64,000 bases of DNA from the IMG/VR virus record IMGVR_UViG_3300009059_000716, positions 1 through 64,000 of that record. One strand, written 5' to 3'. Shown here one piece after another: positions 1-9,463 of this stretch. A model generated the notes under the pieces. That model did not search any database. It was given only the letters and a program-made list of their open reading frames with translations, and was not told the origin of the DNA. The stretch's first letter is position 1. Every line of letters starts with the position of its first letter. The position numbers were made by a program, and so were the translations under genes. The DNA comes from a virus.

Positions 1-1521
1 TATATGTGGAAGGGTTGGTTGAACTTAGCTTCACCGGTACTTTCTAATACCGGTACAGATAAAGGATTACCAATCTCTTGTTTCGGTATAGACACCCCTG
101 ATTCTATTAGAGGTATTGGATTAACTAATGCCGAACTCATGAGATTGACATCCCTTGGAGGAGGAGTAGGAATTGGACTTTCAAGAGTAAGAGGAAGAGG
201 AGGAAAAATTGGTAAAGATGATATGGGTCAATCTGAAGGGATTGTGCCTTGGGCAAAAATTTATGATTCTACTATTATTGCTACCAATCAAGGAGCAGTA
301 AGAAGAGGAGCAGCATCTGTAAACCTAGATATTAATCACCCAGACATTAAAGAGTTCCTACAGATTAGAAGACCTAAAGGAGACCCTAATAGACAGTGTC
401 TAAACCTACATCAGTGTGTTGTAGTGGATGATAACTTTATGGAGAAACTCGACAGGAGAGTACCGGAGGCTATGGAGACATGGGTGGAAATACTTAAGTC
501 AAGAGTTGAAACAGGAGAACCTTATATTATGTTTAAGGATAACGTTAATAACGCAAATCCTCCTGCTTATACAAGAAACAACCTAGATGTAACAATGACC
601 AATATCTGTTCAGAGATTACACTACACACAGATGAGGAACATTCATTTATTTGCTGTCTATCTTCAGTAAACCTTACTAAATACCACGAGTGGAAAAACT
701 CGGATTTAATTGAAACTTCAATTTATTTCTTAGATGGTGTAATGGAAGAGTTTTTAGTAAAAACTAACGGTAAAGAATCTTTGGTTAGATCACACAGATC
801 AGCTAAAAAAGGTAGAGCGATTGGACTAGGGGTACTAGGATGGCATACATTTTTACAAAACGAAAGAATCCCTTTTAACTCTATTGCAGCTACATCTTAT
901 ACACACCAGATTTTCTCTAAAATTAAAAATGAAGCAGAGGCAGCTTCAAGAAAATTAGCAGAAGAGTACGGGGAACCGCTATGGTGTAAAGGAACTGGTA
1001 TGAGAAATACACACCTACTTGCTATTGCACCAACAGTATCTAATAGTACGATTTCAGGAGGAGTATCAGCAGGTATTGAACCAATCCCGGCTAACGTTTA
1101 TACTTTTAACTCGGCAAAAGGTACTTTTATTAGAAAGAACCCGGCCCTAGAGTCATACTTAGAGGATAAAGGACATAACACAGATGAGGTTTGGGATCAA
1201 ATTATGAAAGATAGAGGATCTGTAGCAAACCTACCAGAAGATATCATGCCAGTAGATGATAAAGAGATATTCTTAACATTTGCCGAAATAAACCAACTTG
1301 CTCTAGTAGAACAAGCTTCTGTTAGGCAGAAATATATTGATCAAACACAATCTCTAAACTTAGCGTTCGATCCAACAGATAGCCCTAAATTTATCAACTT
1401 AGTTCACCAAACTGCTTGGAAATTAGGAATAAAAACACTATATTACCTAAGAACAGATTCAGTTATAAACGGAGATATAGGTTCAAGAACTTCAGAAGAC
1501 TGTTTATCCTGTGACGGATAA
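1..1521 (+). CDS. nrdA: Ribonucleotide reductase class Ia alpha subunit (5'-truncated by window)
   Basis: TNICSEI, CCLSS, AIAPT, KTLYYLR and C-terminal CxxC; frame open from position 1. Confidence 0.95.
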   Translation, partial: YMWKGWLNLASPVLSNTGTDKGLPISCFGIDTPDSIRGIGLTNAELMRLTSLGGGVGIGLSRVRGRGGKIGKDDMGQSEGIVPWAKIYDSTIIATNQGAVRRGAASVNLDINHPDIKEFLQIRRPKGDPNRQCLNLHQCVVVDDNFMEKLDRRVPEAMETWVEILKSRVETGEPYIMFKDNVNNANPPAYTRNNLDVTMTNICSEITLHTDEEHSFICCLSSVNLTKYHEWKNSDLIETSIYFLDGVMEEFLVKTNGKESLVRSHRSAKKGRAIGLGVLGWHTFLQNERIPFNSIAATSYTHQIFSKIKNEAEAASRKLAEEYGEPLWCKGTGMRNTHLLAIAPTVSNSTISGGVSAGIEPIPANVYTFNSAKGTFIRKNPALESYLEDKGHNTDEVWDQIMKDRGSVANLPEDIMPVDDKEIFLTFAEINQLALVEQASVRQKYIDQTQSLNLAFDPTDSPKFINLVHQTAWKLGIKTLYYLRTDSVINGDIGSRTSEDCLSCDG

Positions 1522-1536
1522 AAAAGTTGAAATGTT

Positions 1537-3039
1537 ATGAATAAATTAGAAGAAATTTTTAAAGCTTGGAATATTGCCTTTAATCCAGATAATAAACAAT
1601 CTGAATTAGCATCCCAAAGAATAAAAATTTGCAATGCCTGTGAGCATAAGAAAACAGATTTAGGTATTAACAGATGTGGAGTATGTGGATGTGCACTTAA
1701 AGGTAAAGTTTTTTCTCCTGTTATTGGAGCCTGCCCAGAAGGTAAGTGGGATAAAATAGATAAAGAAATTATGCAAAAAGAAGATCCAATTACAGCAGAA
1801 GATACAATATTTGTACAAATAGCATCTTATAGAGATCCACAATTAGTTCCAACGTTGAATGATCTATTTGAGAAAGCAGATTTTCCTGATAATTTAAGAG
1901 TAACGGTAGTTTGGCAAACTTCCAAAGAAGACCAGTGGGATAATTTAGACCAATACAAAGATGATAGTAGGGTTAATGTAGTAGAGGTCCCATATCAAGA
2001 GTCTAAAGGGGCTTGTTGGGCAAGAAATTTAATACAGCAACACTACAAAGGAGAGAAGTATACTTTTCAACTAGACTCCCATCATAGATTTATTGAAGGG
2101 TGGGATAGTATCTTAATTAATATGTTGAGGTCTCTACAACAAGAAGGGTTCAAAAAACCACTTCTTACAAGTTACATATCTTCTTTTGACCCCGATAATG
2201 ACCCAGAAGGAAGAGTACAAGTTCCCTGGAAAATGGACTTCGATAGGTTTACCCCAGAAGGAGTTGTGTTCTTTCTACCTTCGACTATAGAAAATCACCA
2301 ATATCTATCTAAACCAATAAGCGCTAGATTTTACTCTGCTCACTTTGCTTTTACAGTTGGGGAATTCGCTAAAGAAGTACAGCACGATCCAGAATTCTAT
2401 TTTCATGGAGAAGAAATTAGCATAGCAGTAAGAGCGTATACACATGGGTATGATTTATTTCACCCTCACAAGGTAGTAGCATGGCATGAATATACTAGAA
2501 AAGGCCGGACTAAACACTGGGATGATAGCAAAACATGGTCACAGACTAATACGTATACACACAAAAGGGTAAGACAGTTATTAGGTACCGATGGGGAAGA
2601 AATGACTAATGATTTTGGAATATATGGATTAGGTACTGAACGTTCGTTAAGTGATTATCAAAGATACGCTGGTATCAGATTTAGAGATAGAGGAGTGCAG
2701 AAATACACTACCGGAAACTTTCTTGCCCCTAACCCTCCAGTAGACGATTATGAAAATTCATTCTTTAGTATATTTAAACATTGTATAAATGTACATAGAA
2801 ATTCTTTACCGGAGACAGATTACGATTTACTGGTAGTAGCTTTCTTAGATGAGAATGGAGCTGATCTTTATAGAAAAGACGCAGAAAAAACAGAAATGGA
2901 TCGTATTTTTAGCGCTGATGGTGAATGGTTAAATATTTGGAGAGAATACACCGGACCACTTCCTCATAAATGGTTAGTATGGCCACATTCGGTTTCTAAA
3001 GGTTGGTGTGATAGAATAGAAGGTAATTTAGGTAACTAA
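1537..3039 (+). CDS. Cys-rich N-terminal domain fused to Gnt1-like (Skp1 hydroxyproline) GlcNAc-transferase
   Basis: N-term CxxC..CxxCGC..CPxGKW; IFVQIASYRD, GACWAR, QLDSHHRF, FHGEE, AYTHGYD. Confidence 0.75.
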   Translation: MNKLEEIFKAWNIAFNPDNKQSELASQRIKICNACEHKKTDLGINRCGVCGCALKGKVFSPVIGACPEGKWDKIDKEIMQKEDPITAEDTIFVQIASYRDPQLVPTLNDLFEKADFPDNLRVTVVWQTSKEDQWDNLDQYKDDSRVNVVEVPYQESKGACWARNLIQQHYKGEKYTFQLDSHHRFIEGWDSILINMLRSLQQEGFKKPLLTSYISSFDPDNDPEGRVQVPWKMDFDRFTPEGVVFFLPSTIENHQYLSKPISARFYSAHFAFTVGEFAKEVQHDPEFYFHGEEISIAVRAYTHGYDLFHPHKVVAWHEYTRKGRTKHWDDSKTWSQTNTYTHKRVRQLLGTDGEEMTNDFGIYGLGTERSLSDYQRYAGIRFRDRGVQKYTTGNFLAPNPPVDDYENSFFSIFKHCINVHRNSLPETDYDLLVVAFLDENGADLYRKDAEKTEMDRIFSADGEWLNIWREYTGPLPHKWLVWPHSVSKGWCDRIEGNLGN

Positions 3040-3040
3040 C

Positions 3041-3952
3041 ATGAATACACTTGTAACTGCAATTTATAACCACAGCCCTCATTCAAGAATAGGTGGAAGA
3101 GGTTATAGATGGGAAGATTATGTCGCCCCGTTTGAAAACCTACTACATTTAGGTTGTAATATTGTAGTCTATACTCAAGACGACCTAGTACAGGTTATTC
3201 AAGATTACTTTACCAAAAAAGCGTTCTTTAATTACAAAGTAATACCCTATAATCTCAACAACTATAAACACTCAGACAGTATATATAAACTTAAGGAGCT
3301 TTATAACATAATTGATAAAAACGGATTAGCTGAAGGTCGTTCAATTGTGGATAATGATAGAAATTACCATTTATGTTTATCCAAAACATACTTTGTTTCT
3401 GAGGTTATAAAAAATAACTACTTCGAATCAGAAAGGTACTATTGGATAGATGGAGGTCTATTTCATCATGGTCTATTTCCGGAAAGTTTAGGAGGGATAG
3501 AAAGAAGAACAGTACCTAATCCTGACAACTATTGGCCACAGAATAAAAAAAGTTTATGTAACCCCTTATTTTTTGAAAAACTCAATACAAAAGTAAAAGA
3601 TAAACTACTGTTTATAGGAATAGACAGTTACTACAGCCGTCATTTTTCACTAATTAAGAGTAATTTAGCTGGCCCTGATAAAATTACCCATGTAGTAGGA
3701 GGATTGTTTGGAGGAGATAAAAATAAAGTCTTAGAACTATGTGAAAAGTTTGATGATAAAATTTCACAAGTTATTTCAGCAAAAATACTCACACTAGAGG
3801 AAGAGATACTATCTATAGTATATGAAGAAAACTTCTTAGACCAAGATTATATTAAATTCTCAGACTGGGGTCATGATATACCTACCGAACGAAACTATTT
3901 AGGGGTCCAACCAGGATCAAATTCTTTCTACAAAATTTTTAAAGATGAGTAA
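3041..3952 (+). CDS. HtrL/WlaTC-like glycosyltransferase
   Basis: TLVTA start, YYWIDGG, GGLFGG, EExILS. Confidence 0.6.
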   Translation: MNTLVTAIYNHSPHSRIGGRGYRWEDYVAPFENLLHLGCNIVVYTQDDLVQVIQDYFTKKAFFNYKVIPYNLNNYKHSDSIYKLKELYNIIDKNGLAEGRSIVDNDRNYHLCLSKTYFVSEVIKNNYFESERYYWIDGGLFHHGLFPESLGGIERRTVPNPDNYWPQNKKSLCNPLFFEKLNTKVKDKLLFIGIDSYYSRHFSLIKSNLAGPDKITHVVGGLFGGDKNKVLELCEKFDDKISQVISAKILTLEEEILSIVYEENFLDQDYIKFSDWGHDIPTERNYLGVQPGSNSFYKIFKDE

Positions 3953-5588
3953 AGTTACTTTAGTTACCGGATTATGGGATATCAGTAGATCCGAATTATC
4001 AGAAGGTTGGGGAAGATCGTTTGAAGACCACTATATACCTAAGTTTAAAGAACTTTTAGAGGTACCGCATAACTTAATAATATTCGGTGAAGAGTCTTTG
4101 AGAGAAACGGTGTTTAGTATTAGATCTAAAGAAAATACACAGTTTATCGTAAGAGATAAGACTTGGTTTAATAACGAATTTTTTAATAAAATTCAAGAAA
4201 TAAGAAAAAACCCGGATTGGTACAATTTAGCTGGATGGTTAAAAGAATCTACACAAGCTAGTTTAGAGTACTATAATCCGTTAGTAATGTCCAAAATGTT
4301 CTTACTCAATGACGCAAGAATAATGGATACTTTTGATTCAGATCAAATGTACTGGATTGATGCCGGACTAACAAACACTGTTCATAAAGGGTACTTTACA
4401 TCGGACTTAGTTATAGATAAAATTAGTAAACAAGTTACTAACTTTAATTTTGTTTGTTTCCCCTACCAAGCTGAAAATGAAATACATGGTTTTAAATTTA
4501 AAGAATTATGTAATTTAGCTGGTAAAAAAGTAGAATTAGTAGCTAGAGGTGGATTTTTTGGAGGACCAAAAGACTCTATAGAACAAACAGTAAATATATA
4601 CTATTCCCTACTTAGTGAAACTTTAGGAAATAGTTTAATGGGAACAGAAGAATCTCTATTTTCCATAATGGTATATAAATACCCAGATTTATTTTCATAT
4701 AGTAAAATAGAATCCAATGGGTTGATGAGTTACTTCTTTGAAAAAGTCAAAAATAGTAAAGTTATATTTGAGAACGTTAGAGGAAAAGCTCCGGTTGATT
4801 ACAAAAGGGTTGGATTATATGTCATAACTTACAATTCACCTACTCAATTTGAAACTCTTTGTAAATCTTTTGAACAATACGATCAACATTACCTGGACTT
4901 ACCTAAAAAAGTACTCCTTAACAACTCTATAGATAGAACTACAGATATAAAGTATAAGGAGCTATGTGAAAAGTACGGATTTGAGGAAATAAAAAAAGAC
5001 AACATAGGGATATGCGGCGGCCGTCAATTTGTAGCTGAACATTTTGACCAAGACACTACTACAGATTACTGTTTATTTTTTGAAGACGATATGTTCTTTT
5101 ATAACGGTCAAGATGAAAGTTGTAGAAATGGTTTTTTAAGGAAAGTATCCGGTCTATATAAAAAATCTTTAGAGATAGCCCATAAAGAAGATTTTGATTA
5201 CCTTAAGATGAACTTTACTGAATTCTACGGAGATAATACCCGTCAATGGAGCTGGTATAATGTACCGCAACATGTTAAAGATGAATTATTTTCAGACAGT
5301 AAAACAGAAGCCCCATTCTTAAAATTTAAAAACATAAAATCCTATAGAGGGCTACCTTACGCTACCGGTGATATCTACTATTGTAACTGGCCTCAAATAG
5401 TTTCTAAAAAAGGAAATAAAAAAATGTTTTTGAATACTAAATGGGACCACCCATACGAACAGACCTGGATGTCACATATATACCAAGAGACAGTCAAGGA
5501 AAATATAGAAACAGGTATACTATTGTTAACACCTACTGAACATGATAGGTTTGAATTCTACCCAAAAGAAGAAAGACGGGAAAATTAA
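3945..5588 (+). CDS. HtrL/WlaTC-like glycosyltransferase fused to GT-A/GT2-like domain
   Basis: TLVTGLWD, YWIDAG, GGFFGG, GTEES; second half GICGGR..FFEDD. Confidence 0.6.
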   Translation: MSKVTLVTGLWDISRSELSEGWGRSFEDHYIPKFKELLEVPHNLIIFGEESLRETVFSIRSKENTQFIVRDKTWFNNEFFNKIQEIRKNPDWYNLAGWLKESTQASLEYYNPLVMSKMFLLNDARIMDTFDSDQMYWIDAGLTNTVHKGYFTSDLVIDKISKQVTNFNFVCFPYQAENEIHGFKFKELCNLAGKKVELVARGGFFGGPKDSIEQTVNIYYSLLSETLGNSLMGTEESLFSIMVYKYPDLFSYSKIESNGLMSYFFEKVKNSKVIFENVRGKAPVDYKRVGLYVITYNSPTQFETLCKSFEQYDQHYLDLPKKVLLNNSIDRTTDIKYKELCEKYGFEEIKKDNIGICGGRQFVAEHFDQDTTTDYCLFFEDDMFFYNGQDESCRNGFLRKVSGLYKKSLEIAHKEDFDYLKMNFTEFYGDNTRQWSWYNVPQHVKDELFSDSKTEAPFLKFKNIKSYRGLPYATGDIYYCNWPQIVSKKGNKKMFLNTKWDHPYEQTWMSHIYQETVKENIETGILLLTPTEHDRFEFYPKEERREN

Positions 5589-5887
5589 CCCTATTTATAT
5601 TAAATAAGTTTTATACCAATCGTTTTTTAATATTTATACGCAAAACGTTTCTACAATATGAAATTTATATTATTTATAGTAGGTTTTATAGTTACTATGT
5701 CAGCTATTGGGTAGGTAAATTACCGCCCAAATTTTTTTCATCACCGATGTACGGAGATAAAACCCACTTCTCCGGTACCGTAGTCCCTTATAGGTTTTTC
5801 CAATTTTACCCCCTTTGTAGTTTATATTTCAAAAATAAGTTCATATATTAAGTTATATGTTATGTAGTATGAATTAACGAATAAATT

Positions 5888-6073
5888 ATGAATGAACAAA
5901 CATGTAATTTACCTGAAGTAGAACAATTAAAAACATTACTAAAAGAAGAAAAGAATATAGTCTGGTACATGAGATGCCCAATCGTAGAAGGATCACCAGC
6001 AGCCAAAAGATACTTAAAACAACAGATTAAAAAATTTAGATCAAAACAAAAAGAAAAATATGGAGGATTGTAG
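5888..6073 (+). CDS. Hypothetical protein
   Basis: ORF in the gene-dense sense orientation. Confidence 0.5.
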   Translation: MNEQTCNLPEVEQLKTLLKEEKNIVWYMRCPIVEGSPAAKRYLKQQIKKFRSKQKEKYGGL

Positions 6074-6104
6074 TTGGAATAACGAAAGATTCTTCTTATA
6101 TTTA
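6074..6104 (+). promoter_or_regulatory. Bacteroidota-type promoter TTG-N20-TATATTTA (representative of 22 copies)
   Basis: TTG 6074, TATATTTA 6097; same spacing recurs across the window. Confidence 0.8.
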
Positions 6105-6124
6105 TAGAAATAAAACAGTTATAT

Positions 6125-6271
6125 ATGTCAAAAACATCAGCAAAACAACGCTACACTCAGTTAATGGAATGGTTACCTACAGTTAAACAAGGTAAAGCAT
6201 CAACACCAGGATCTAAAGCTCCTGCACGTACTTTTTCAAAAGCAGACACTTATAATAGAGACAAAAGATAA
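6125..6271 (+). CDS. Small basic protein, 48 aa (not in ORF track)
   Basis: MSKTSAKQRY...YNRDKR; follows promoter; stop overlaps thioredoxin ATG. Confidence 0.65.
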   Translation: MSKTSAKQRYTQLMEWLPTVKQGKASTPGSKAPARTFSKADTYNRDKR

Positions 6272-6531
6272 TGAAAAAAATAATTAAATTTTATGCCGAT
6301 TGGTGCGGTCCTTGTAAGGTATACGGGAAGTCTTGGGATAAGGTAGCAAAAAAGTATGACGGTCAAGTAGAATTTGTTAGTATAAACATTGAAGAAGATA
6401 CTACAGGCTTAGCTGCACAATACAAAGTAAAGAGTATCCCACATACGGTCCTAATTAAAGAAGACGGAACCGAAGTTACAAAAAGTGGTAGAATATCACA
6501 AGAAGAGTTAGAAGAATTAGTTTTATCTTAA
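6271..6531 (+). CDS. trxA: Thioredoxin
   Basis: FYADWCGPC active site. Confidence 0.95.
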   Translation: MKKIIKFYADWCGPCKVYGKSWDKVAKKYDGQVEFVSINIEEDTTGLAAQYKVKSIPHTVLIKEDGTEVTKSGRISQEELEELVLS

Positions 6532-6543
6532 AAATCAAAATAA

Positions 6544-6852
6544 ATGTTACGCAAACCAGATTCAATCCCAGCAGGGGATACAGTTATTACAGACCCAGTA
6601 ATGGAACCGTTTTTTATCTCTAAATCTCAATCAGGCGGTTATACCGTTTACGAAAGAGTAATTAAAGGTAATAACGATACAGAGTATATTAAAACAGTAT
6701 CTTATCCAGCTTCATTTAATGGAGCATTAAAAAGAGTAGCAAATGAAAAACTCAATAATGGTGAAAGTAAAGTATATTCTCTTAATGAGTATGTCACTCG
6801 TTGGGAAAATATTCAAAAAGAAATGTTGTCAATAACTTCAATTGAGTTGTAG
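6544..6852 (+). CDS. Hypothetical protein
   Basis: ORF only. Confidence 0.7.
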   Translation: MLRKPDSIPAGDTVITDPVMEPFFISKSQSGGYTVYERVIKGNNDTEYIKTVSYPASFNGALKRVANEKLNNGESKVYSLNEYVTRWENIQKEMLSITSIEL

Positions 6853-6854
6853 AC

Positions 6855-6995
6855 ATGTTAGAAACGGTTATGCACGCCTTAGGAATATGTGGGGATGTTC
6901 ATCCTAAATTAGTTGACACTATCCCTTTTATTCACTATCTTAATAATTCAGCGTTTGCCTATACGCTTAAGAATACCTGGCAAAATTTAATATAA
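6855..6995 (+). CDS. Small protein, 46 aa, with HxxGxCGDxHP motif (not in ORF track)
   Basis: MLETVMHALGICGDVHPKL...WQNLI; fills gap before queC. Confidence 0.55.
   Translation: MLETVMHALGICGDVHPKLVDTIPFIHYLNNSAFAYTLKNTWQNLI
6950..6984 (+). promoter_or_regulatory. Candidate H-type pseudoknot in queC leader
   Basis: AGCGT/ACGCT stem; loop TTGCC complementary to GGCAA at 6979-6983; directly after promoter 6913-6943. Confidence 0.5.
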
Positions 6996-7000
6996 TTACA

Positions 7001-7795
7001 ATGGCAAAAAATGTTGTAGTATCCTTATCAGGAGGGATGGATTCCTCTACTCTATTATTACGTGCTCTTTCTACGTATGACACAGTAACAGCTTTATCTT
7101 TTAACTATGGTCAGAAACATAGTGTTGAACTTCAAAGAGCTCAAGCACTTGTTGACTACCTTAAGTCTAAAGGTCAAAATGTTACTTACCAATTAATTGA
7201 ACTAAATGGATTAGTTAACCTATTAGACTCAGCTTTAGTATCAGGCGGAGATGATGTACCGGAAGGTCATTATGAGCAAGATAATATGAAAGCTACTGTA
7301 GTACCTAACCGAAACAAAATCTTTAGCTCTATCACACAAGCTGTAGCTTTATCAGTAGCAAATAGAACTGGTAATAATACAGATATTGCTTTAGGTATTC
7401 ATGCCGGAGATCATGCCGTATATCCAGACTGTAGACAAGAGTTTAGAGATGCAGATGATGAGGCATTTAGACAAGGAAATTGGGATGCTGATAAGGTTGG
7501 GTTTTTTACACCATATTTATTAACTGATAAGTTCGGTATTTTACAAGATGGTTTAATTTTATGTGATCTGTTAGATTTAGACTTCGATGAAGTTTACAAA
7601 AGAACTAACACCTCATACAAACCTTATCCATCAGGTAACTCAGATTACAAATCAGCATCTTCAGTAGAACGTATTGAAGCGTTTATTAAACTTGGTCGTA
7701 AAGACCCAGTTCAATATGAAGATGAAACTGGCCCAGTAAGCTGGGAAGTAGCTAAGTCTGCAGTTGAGAAGGTATTAGCCGATCACGCAGGTTAA
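7001..7795 (+). CDS. queC: 7-cyano-7-deazaguanine synthase
   Basis: SGGMDS, FNYGQKH, VPNRN, YPDCR. Confidence 0.93.
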   Translation: MAKNVVVSLSGGMDSSTLLLRALSTYDTVTALSFNYGQKHSVELQRAQALVDYLKSKGQNVTYQLIELNGLVNLLDSALVSGGDDVPEGHYEQDNMKATVVPNRNKIFSSITQAVALSVANRTGNNTDIALGIHAGDHAVYPDCRQEFRDADDEAFRQGNWDADKVGFFTPYLLTDKFGILQDGLILCDLLDLDFDEVYKRTNTSYKPYPSGNSDYKSASSVERIEAFIKLGRKDPVQYEDETGPVSWEVAKSAVEKVLADHAG

Positions 7796-7802
7796 AAGGA
7801 TT

Positions 7803-7875
7803 GCCTCCGTAGCTCAGTTGGTAGAGCAGCTGATTTGTAATCAGCAGGTCATCGGTTCGAATCCGGTTGGAGGCT
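7803..7875 (+). tRNA. tRNA-Thr(TGT)
   Basis: Cloverleaf; GCTGA-TTTGTAA-TCAGC; GGTTCGAATCC. Confidence 0.95.
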
Positions 7876-7882
7876 CAAGATT

Positions 7883-7966
7883 GCTCGAGTGGTGGAATTG
7901 GTAGACACGTTGGACTTAAAATCCAATGGACATTAGTCCGTGCGGGTTCAAGTCCCGCCTCGAGTA
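7883..7966 (+). tRNA. tRNA-Leu(TAA)
   Basis: TTGGA-CTTAAAA-TCCAA; long variable arm. Confidence 0.95.
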
Positions 7967-7972
7967 CAAATA

Positions 7973-8057
7973 GGAAGATTGGCAGAGTGGTCGAATGCGG
8001 CAGTCTTGAAAACTGTTGACTGTAACAGGTCCGGGGGTTCGAATCCCTCATCTTCCG
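7973..8057 (+). tRNA. tRNA-Ser(TGA)
   Basis: GCAGT-CTTGAAA-ACTGT; long variable arm. Confidence 0.95.
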
Positions 8058-8064
8058 CAATATT

Positions 8065-8138
8065 GGTCTGGTAGTTCAGTTGGTTAGAATACCTGCCTGT
8101 CACGCAGGGGGTCGCGAGTTCGAGTCTCGTCCAGACCG
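8065..8138 (+). tRNA. tRNA-Asp(GTC)
   Basis: CCTGC-CTGTCAC-GCAGG. Confidence 0.95.
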
Positions 8139-8152
8139 CAAAATAAATTAAT

Positions 8153-8226
8153 GGGGGATTAGCTCAGCTGGCTAGAGCGCCTGCCTTGCACGCAGGAGGT
8201 CATCGGTTCGACTCCGATATTCTCCA
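8153..8226 (+). tRNA. tRNA-Ala(TGC)
   Basis: CCTGC-CTTGCAC-GCAGG. Confidence 0.95.
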
Positions 8227-8232
8227 CTTATT

Positions 8233-8304
8233 GGCCCGTTCGTCTAGGGGTTAGGACGCCAGGTTTTCATCCTGGTAACAGGGGTTCGATTCCCCTACGG
8301 GCTA
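8233..8304 (+). tRNA. tRNA-Glu(TTC)
   Basis: CCAGG-TTTTCAT-CCTGG. Confidence 0.95.
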
Positions 8305-8313
8305 CAAAATGAC

Positions 8314-8385
8314 TGGTCTATGGTGTAATTGGCAACACAGCTGGTTTTGGTCCAGTCGTTCTAGGTTCGAGTCCTAGTAGACCAA
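8314..8385 (+). tRNA. tRNA-Gln(TTG)
   Basis: GCTGG-TTTTGGT-CCAGT. Confidence 0.95.
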
Positions 8386-8397
8386 CTAAACACAGGT

Positions 8398-9456
8398 ATG
8401 AAAGAAAACTACATATGCTCAGTTCCGTTTACTTCGTTTGAAATTCAGGATAAAGAGAATTACCTGTGCTGTGCCTCTTGGCTTACTAAGTCTATTCCTA
8501 AAAGTGAATCTATAAAAAATTCATGGAATTCTATTGAAGCTAATGAAATAAGGGAATCTATTTTAGACGGATCCTATAAATACTGCGATGAAAATCAATG
8601 TCCTTTTTTAAATCAAGTACAGAAATTCGGTAGTATAGGAAAAGTAGAACCACTGTACTTAAAAGAACAACTACCTAGAGCACTAAAGCAGCAAATAAGT
8701 AACTTTGAGAATAAAAAATTAGAACCTCAAGTAATTCAGTTTTCTTTTGATAGAAGTTGCAACCTTGAATGCCCTACTTGCAGAATAGGAATTATTACTG
8801 CTAATAGTAAAAAAATTAAAGAAGTAGAAGCCACAATACAGGAAATAGAGGATACCTATTCAAATTCTATAACTATTCTTTACATAACCGGTTCCGGTGA
8901 TCCTTTTATATCAGTAGGATTTAGAAATTTTTTACGGAATTTTAATAAAGAGAAGTATCCTAATTTAAAACAAATACATCTACATACAAACGCTACAAAG
9001 TGGAATAAGAAAATGTGGAATTCTATGAAGAATATACATCCATATGTTAAAAGTTGTGAAATCTCTATTGATGCAGGAACAAAAGATACCTATGAAAATA
9101 TAACCCGTATAGGAGGTAAATGGAATGAATTGATAGACAATTTAAAATTTATTTCTACAATACCTACACTCAAAAGAATTAAACCTTCTTTTGTTGTGCA
9201 AAAAGGAAACTATAGGGAAATGAAAATATTTTACGAATTAATGGTAAGTGTATTTGGCAATAAAGCAAATATATTCTACGGTAAAGTTAACAATTGGGGA
9301 ACCTTTTCTGAAGAGGAGTTTAACAAAATAAAAGTATGGGACAAAAAACACCCAGAATACAATAATTTTCTAAACGAAGTAAATAATACCCTACCTGCAA
9401 AAAATGCATGGAGTAATTTACAAGAATTTATAACTCCAACTAAGTATAACATATAA
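8398..9456 (+). CDS. Radical SAM protein with N-terminal SPASM/twitch-like Cys cluster
   Basis: CNLECPTC, GSGDPF, HTNA, ISIDA; N-term CSVPF..LCC..C..CP. Confidence 0.85.
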   Translation: MKENYICSVPFTSFEIQDKENYLCCASWLTKSIPKSESIKNSWNSIEANEIRESILDGSYKYCDENQCPFLNQVQKFGSIGKVEPLYLKEQLPRALKQQISNFENKKLEPQVIQFSFDRSCNLECPTCRIGIITANSKKIKEVEATIQEIEDTYSNSITILYITGSGDPFISVGFRNFLRNFNKEKYPNLKQIHLHTNATKWNKKMWNSMKNIHPYVKSCEISIDAGTKDTYENITRIGGKWNELIDNLKFISTIPTLKRIKPSFVVQKGNYREMKIFYELMVSVFGNKANIFYGKVNNWGTFSEEEFNKIKVWDKKHPEYNNFLNEVNNTLPAKNAWSNLQEFITPTKYNI

Positions 9457-9463
9457 GAACGTT

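Noticed and set aside
7875-8060. Minus-strand 61-aa ORF
   Set aside because: Antisense to tRNA-Leu and tRNA-Ser; artefact.
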